Shown here one piece after another: positions 60,046 through 64,000 of a stretch of DNA of 64,000 bases. The notes below the pieces were generated by a model. It saw only the letters and a program-made list of their open reading frames with translations. It had not been told where the DNA came from and made no database searches. A program made the position numbers and the translations under genes. The stretch is taken from contig CAVSGI010000010.1 in the NCBI GenBank assembly GCA_963727445.1, positions 1,280,001 through 1,344,000 on the forward strand, given 5' to 3'. This stretch comes from an uncultured delta proteobacterium. Its GTDB lineage: Bacteria; Myxococcota_A; Polyangia; Polyangiales; B10-G4. Numbering within the stretch: position 1 is the stretch's first letter; every line of letters begins with the position of its first letter.

Positions 60046-60762
60046 ATGGGAGCGCCGATCGTTCGCAGAGAGAGCGCCGTCGATGGATGCTTGCGCGTCC
60101 TCGAAGACGCCATCGTCGAAGGCGAGCTCGCCCCTGGCGAGAAGCTGCTGCCGGAGCGCGAGCTCGCTCGTCAGCTCGGCGTCAATCGCGTCACCGTCCG
60201 CTCCGCCCTCGAACGCCTCTCGGTTCGCCAGCTCCTCGAAGCGCGGCAGGGCAGCGGCCATCGCGTCCGCGACTACCGCCGACACGGTGAGCCATCTTTG
60301 ATACATGCGCTCCTTCGGGTCGGGGGCCGCAAGCGGAAGCGCATTCGCGAGGTGGCGAAGGATCTCCTCCTGCTTCGGCGAACCCTGCTCCGCCTCGCCA
60401 TCGAGCGCGCGGAGGAGGTCGCCAGTGGAGGGGATCGACGGCGCCTCGCCGACGCCGTCGAGCGCTACGCCGCCACGATGGACACCGATCGGATCCAGGA
60501 CGCGGAACGTATCGTAATCGACTCCATCGTGGACGCGTGCCGCTCCTCCATCATCGCCTTCGCCCTCCATCCCATCCTCCGCGTCATCGAAGAGCTGCCC
60601 GAGCTCACGGAGGCGCTGGCGGAGGTGCCTTGGGGGAACGTGGACGGCTATCGGGCGCTCGTCGCTGGCCTCGAAGAGGGCGGGGATCGCTGGCTCGACG
60701 ACGTCATGGCCGAGCTCGCCCGCCACGACCTGAGCGTCCTGTCTCACCTGGATCGAAGTTGA
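60046..60762 (+). CDS. GntR (FadR subfamily) transcriptional regulator
   Basis: 'GELAPGEKLLPERELARQLGVNRVTVRSAL...RQGSG' winged HTH. Confidence 0.92.
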   Translation: MGAPIVRRESAVDGCLRVLEDAIVEGELAPGEKLLPERELARQLGVNRVTVRSALERLSVRQLLEARQGSGHRVRDYRRHGEPSLIHALLRVGGRKRKRIREVAKDLLLLRRTLLRLAIERAEEVASGGDRRRLADAVERYAATMDTDRIQDAERIVIDSIVDACRSSIIAFALHPILRVIEELPELTEALAEVPWGNVDGYRALVAGLEEGGDRWLDDVMAELARHDLSVLSHLDRS

Positions 60763-60888
60763 TCCGTCCCTGTGTAGGGGACGCTCCGCAGATTCCTCAC
60801 AGGTGGGAGGAAAGGTTTTGGGTGGGCGGAGAGTAAGACGCGCTGTCCGAGGGGGCTTCGGCTCCAAAGCAGGACCGAGAGGACAGCC

Positions 60889-63135
60889 ATGCAGCATCTG
60901 GAACTGGATTATGAAGACGTGAGCGAGACCGTCGTGACGGGTCGCCCCACCACCGACCTCCACGACCTCCGCGTCGTTCTCGTTTCCACCGATCCGGTGG
61001 TCGGGCGCCGGGTCGAGCGGATCCTGACCCCGATGGGCGCAAGGCTCGCGATGATCCCCGATTGGGGTCACGTCTCCATCAACGAGGTCCGGGGCCTCGA
61101 TCCGCAGCTCGTCCTCCTCGAGCCCAGCGCCGACCTCAAGAGTCGGGCCGACGCCATCCGCCGCCTGGCCGAGGAGCCCCGCCTGCAGTGGGCGGTGATC
61201 GATCGCGTGCCGCGCGGTCTCGACACCCAGCGAGGGGTGGACCGGCTGGTGGAGCTCGCCGCCGTCGCCCTCGGGCCCGACCGTCAGCTCCAGGCCGAGA
61301 TCGTTCTCGCCCGCGGCGAGGAGGAAGGCCGCCCAGCCCCAATCGATGCCCTCGGGCCCGGCCGGTTGCTCCGCGCGCTCGTGGTGAGCGGGGGCTCTTT
61401 CGAGCTCCGCTACGAAGAGCACTCCGTCGAAGCCTCCCTCGTGATCTCGAACGGCGTGCTGGTCGAGGCCAACTGGAAAGAGCGAGGCCCCGAGGCCAAT
61501 CACCTGCAGGGCGTCGCGGCGCTCACCGCCTTCACGGCGCTGCGGCATGGCGAGGTCCGCATCATCCCGATCGCCGATCGCGAAGGGCCCGGCCTCGGTC
61601 TCTTGGCCAACACCCTCGAAGAGGCGGCCGACCCGGCGCTGGGCTGGGTCGCGACCCGCGTGGCCACCGGCCGCTACCTCATCCCGCCCCCCGGCGTCGC
61701 ATCCCTGAAGGAGGGCGACCTGCCCGACGCCAGCCGCACGCGGCGTGAGCGCCCCGAGGCTGGAACCGAAAGCGAGGGCCTGCCGCCGCTCGCGGGCTCG
61801 CCCACCGTTCCCGGCGTCGCGGGTCTTCCGCTCGTCATCCCGGAGATGCCGCGCATGCCGCGCCCGCAAGGACCGAAGCCCGTGATCGACAGCGCACGGC
61901 CGTCGAGCACCCCCCTCGAGGTGGCGATCTCCTCCATCGTGAATCTGCTTCCCCCCGAAGCGGAAACCGCCCAGGACGAGCCCGCGTCGGACGAGGGCAG
62001 CTACGACGACACCGAGGTCTCCTCGCTGAACCTCGATGTCGAGGTCGAGGCGCCCGCGGCCCCGATGATCCCGGAGACCCTCGAGACCCCGGTGGCCGCC
62101 ATCGCGCCCACCCTTCACACCGACGCCACCCTTCCGCCGGCATCGGCAGAGAGCCCCCTGCCCGGTCCCTCGCTCACGCCGGCCCCCGTGTCGGCCGCCG
62201 ACTCGATCCGCCCGTCCCTCGCCCCGGTTCAGGTGCCGAAGCGCCGCCTGTGGCCCTGGGCGCTGACCGCTCTCGCCCTTCTGGGCCTGGTCGCTGGCGG
62301 AGGCATGGTGGCCTTCGCCGGACCCCTCGCGAGCTACGCCGACGACCCGGCGGAGATCTTCGCCCAGATCGAGAGTCTCGGCCAGGACGAGGGAGAGGCT
62401 GAAGAGATCGCCGCGCCCGCCGCCGTCCAACTCGGAAGCACCGCTCCTGCGGCGCCCACGGTGGTCGAAGCGGCCGAGGACGAGGCACCCGCCGAAATGG
62501 TCTTCGATCTGGAGGACGCCGACGAGCCCCTAGCGGTGGACGGAGACGACACCGAAGGCCGCGACGAAGGCCACGACAGCGACGCCCACGAGGCCCGTCG
62601 TCGCCGCCGTGCCCTGCGCCGCGAGGTCAGCGATCTCCTGGCGCAGGCGCACGACGCGCCCAGCGCCCAGGCCGCCGCCGACCTCTACCATCAGGTGCTC
62701 GAGCTGGACGCCCACGAGGTCCGCGCCCTCCGCGGTCTCGCCCGCGCTCACATGGTGATGGGCAACTACGCCGACGCCGTCCGCTTCGGCGAAGAGGCGA
62801 CGCGCACCCGTCCCCGCGACGCGGCGGCGTGGGGCCTGCTCGGCGACATCCACCGCCGCGCCGGCAACGCCGAGTCCGCGCAGCGGGCCTACGACCGCGC
62901 CGCGGCCCTCGACCCGAGCGCGGCGCCAGAGGAAGCCGCGGCCACCCCCGAAGCGACCGAGCCCGCCGTCACGACCGAGACCGAGACGCCCGAAGCACCC
63001 GCACCGGCCGCTTCTGCCGAAGCGCCCGCTTCTGCCGAAGCGCCCGTCACGGCGCCTCTGCCGGCGGAGGCTCCTCGGGCTCCGGGGGAGCTGGCTCCTC
63101 GGAATTCGGGCTCGGCTCTTCCTCCGGCGATGTAG
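60889..63135 (+). CDS. Membrane protein with receiver-like N-terminus, DUF4388-like domain, Pro-rich linker, TM helix and TPRs
   Basis: 'SG...L......L.I.NG.LV.A......G..A......L..G' DUF4388-like; WPWAL TM; TPRs near the C-terminus. Confidence 0.72.
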   Translation: MQHLELDYEDVSETVVTGRPTTDLHDLRVVLVSTDPVVGRRVERILTPMGARLAMIPDWGHVSINEVRGLDPQLVLLEPSADLKSRADAIRRLAEEPRLQWAVIDRVPRGLDTQRGVDRLVELAAVALGPDRQLQAEIVLARGEEEGRPAPIDALGPGRLLRALVVSGGSFELRYEEHSVEASLVISNGVLVEANWKERGPEANHLQGVAALTAFTALRHGEVRIIPIADREGPGLGLLANTLEEAADPALGWVATRVATGRYLIPPPGVASLKEGDLPDASRTRRERPEAGTESEGLPPLAGSPTVPGVAGLPLVIPEMPRMPRPQGPKPVIDSARPSSTPLEVAISSIVNLLPPEAETAQDEPASDEGSYDDTEVSSLNLDVEVEAPAAPMIPETLETPVAAIAPTLHTDATLPPASAESPLPGPSLTPAPVSAADSIRPSLAPVQVPKRRLWPWALTALALLGLVAGGGMVAFAGPLASYADDPAEIFAQIESLGQDEGEAEEIAAPAAVQLGSTAPAAPTVVEAAEDEAPAEMVFDLEDADEPLAVDGDDTEGRDEGHDSDAHEARRRRRALRREVSDLLAQAHDAPSAQAAADLYHQVLELDAHEVRALRGLARAHMVMGNYADAVRFGEEATRTRPRDAAAWGLLGDIHRRAGNAESAQRAYDRAAALDPSAAPEEAAATPEATEPAVTTETETPEAPAPAASAEAPASAEAPVTAPLPAEAPRAPGELAPRNSGSALPPAM

Positions 63136-63701
63136 TCGCGGCGCCTCTCAGCGCCCCGTCGACCAACCCTCTGGCGGCGCCGATCTCGTCGATCACCCAA
63201 TCCGTGAGGTCGACCGAGTGGCGGGCGAAGGACACCGCCGTGCGATCGACGAATCAACCCGTAGCGCTCCCTTCGCCCGATGGTCTCGCAGACCTCGCGC
63301 ACCTCGTCGAGCAGCGGCAGCGTGAGCTCGGTGCGATAGGCCTCGAGCTGCTGCCGCCCTCGCTTTTCGACCTCCTCCGCGTGCTCGGCGGCCAGGCGAT
63401 ACTCCCCGGCGAGCTCCGCCAGCCGGTCCCGGTTCGGCGCCTCGGCGTTCTGCTCGGCCTCGAGGTCCTCGAGGATGGTCTCGAGCTCGACCCGGGCATC
63501 GGTCAGCTGGCTCTGGAGCTGCCGCTCTGCGTCCGCGAGCTGAGCCAAGATCCGTTGCCCATGGCGCGTCTCTTGGATGATCCGGCCCATGTCGACGAAG
63601 CCGACGCGCTCATACGTCTCCTCCGCGGAGCTCTCCGCGCCCCGCCTCGCGGGCGCGCCGCATCCTGCGAGGAGGGCGACGAAGACGAGCAGCGGCTTCA
63701 C
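63047..63701 (-). CDS. OmpH/Skp family chaperone-like lipoprotein; frameshift near 63252
   Basis: Lipobox LAGC; 'VGFVDMGRII'; coiled-coil; 'YGL/IVDRTAVSFA...DLTDWVI' restored by removing one T. Confidence 0.78.
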
Positions 63702-63791
63702 CAGGTCGGGAAGATGTGGGGGATCGGAGGCGTTTACAAGCGGGTCTCGGGCGGCGACCCTCTGGCGTAGAGGATCTCGGGGTAAGGGTTG

Positions 63792-64000
63792 GTGACGGAT
63801 ACTTCACGGCTCGGGGGAGACGGGGAGCCCCAAAGGCTGATCGGGGGTCGGTATCGGATCGTCCGCGAGATCGCGTCGGGCGGCATGGGGACCGTCTACG
63901 AAGCGAAGCACAACCTCAGCCAGAAGGTGGTCGCGCTCAAGGTCCTCCATCCCCACGTCGCGCGCGACGAGAACAGCCGCCAGCGTTTCCTGCGCGAGGT
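63792..64000 (+). CDS. Ser/Thr protein kinase, N-terminal part; runs off the right edge of the window
   Basis: Manual translation gives LIGGRYRIVREIASGGMGTVYEAKH...VALKVL. Confidence 0.85.
   Translation, partial: MTDTSRLGGDGEPQRLIGGRYRIVREIASGGMGTVYEAKHNLSQKVVALKVLHPHVARDENSRQRFLRE

Noticed and set aside
59962..62430. 822-aa minus-strand ORF
   Set aside because: Antisense to the GntR and DUF4388-like genes; no motifs.

Overview
A 64 kb, high-GC, gene-dense bacterial window that looks myxobacterial, probably Polyangiales/Sandaracinaceae-like. This rests on its Ser/Thr kinases with PEGA domains, Cys-rich 'CDGxDDDCDG' lipoproteins, DAG-rich linkers and MYXO-CTERM-type tails. I can support about 48 protein-coding genes: secreted Cys-rich lipoproteins and hydrolases, purine-catabolism genes (amidohydrolase, xdhA, xdhB and a detached xdhC), an RND pump, tandem ArsA-like ATPases, two UbiA/MenA-like prenyltransferases, and a GntR regulator with a palindromic operator. 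There is also a ~0.5 kb internally deleted IS5-family element with perfect 15-bp terminal inverted repeats. The most interesting feature is a translationally coupled operon of three divergent ClpA/B-like double-AAA+ ATPases (22102-31286). All three have HicB-like N-terminal modules, a degenerate NBD1 Walker B, no NBD2 GYVG pore loop, and an [I/L/V]G[F/I] loop. Two end in release-factor-like (PCRF, GGQ-less) domains, and one carries a ribosomal bL12-CTD-like insert. I read this as a candidate heteromeric, ribosome- or translation-directed remodelling or conflict system. About nine genes are split by single-base indels, most likely assembly errors. No rRNA, tRNA or CRISPR array was recognised. 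All family calls are by-eye motif recognition; no searches were run.
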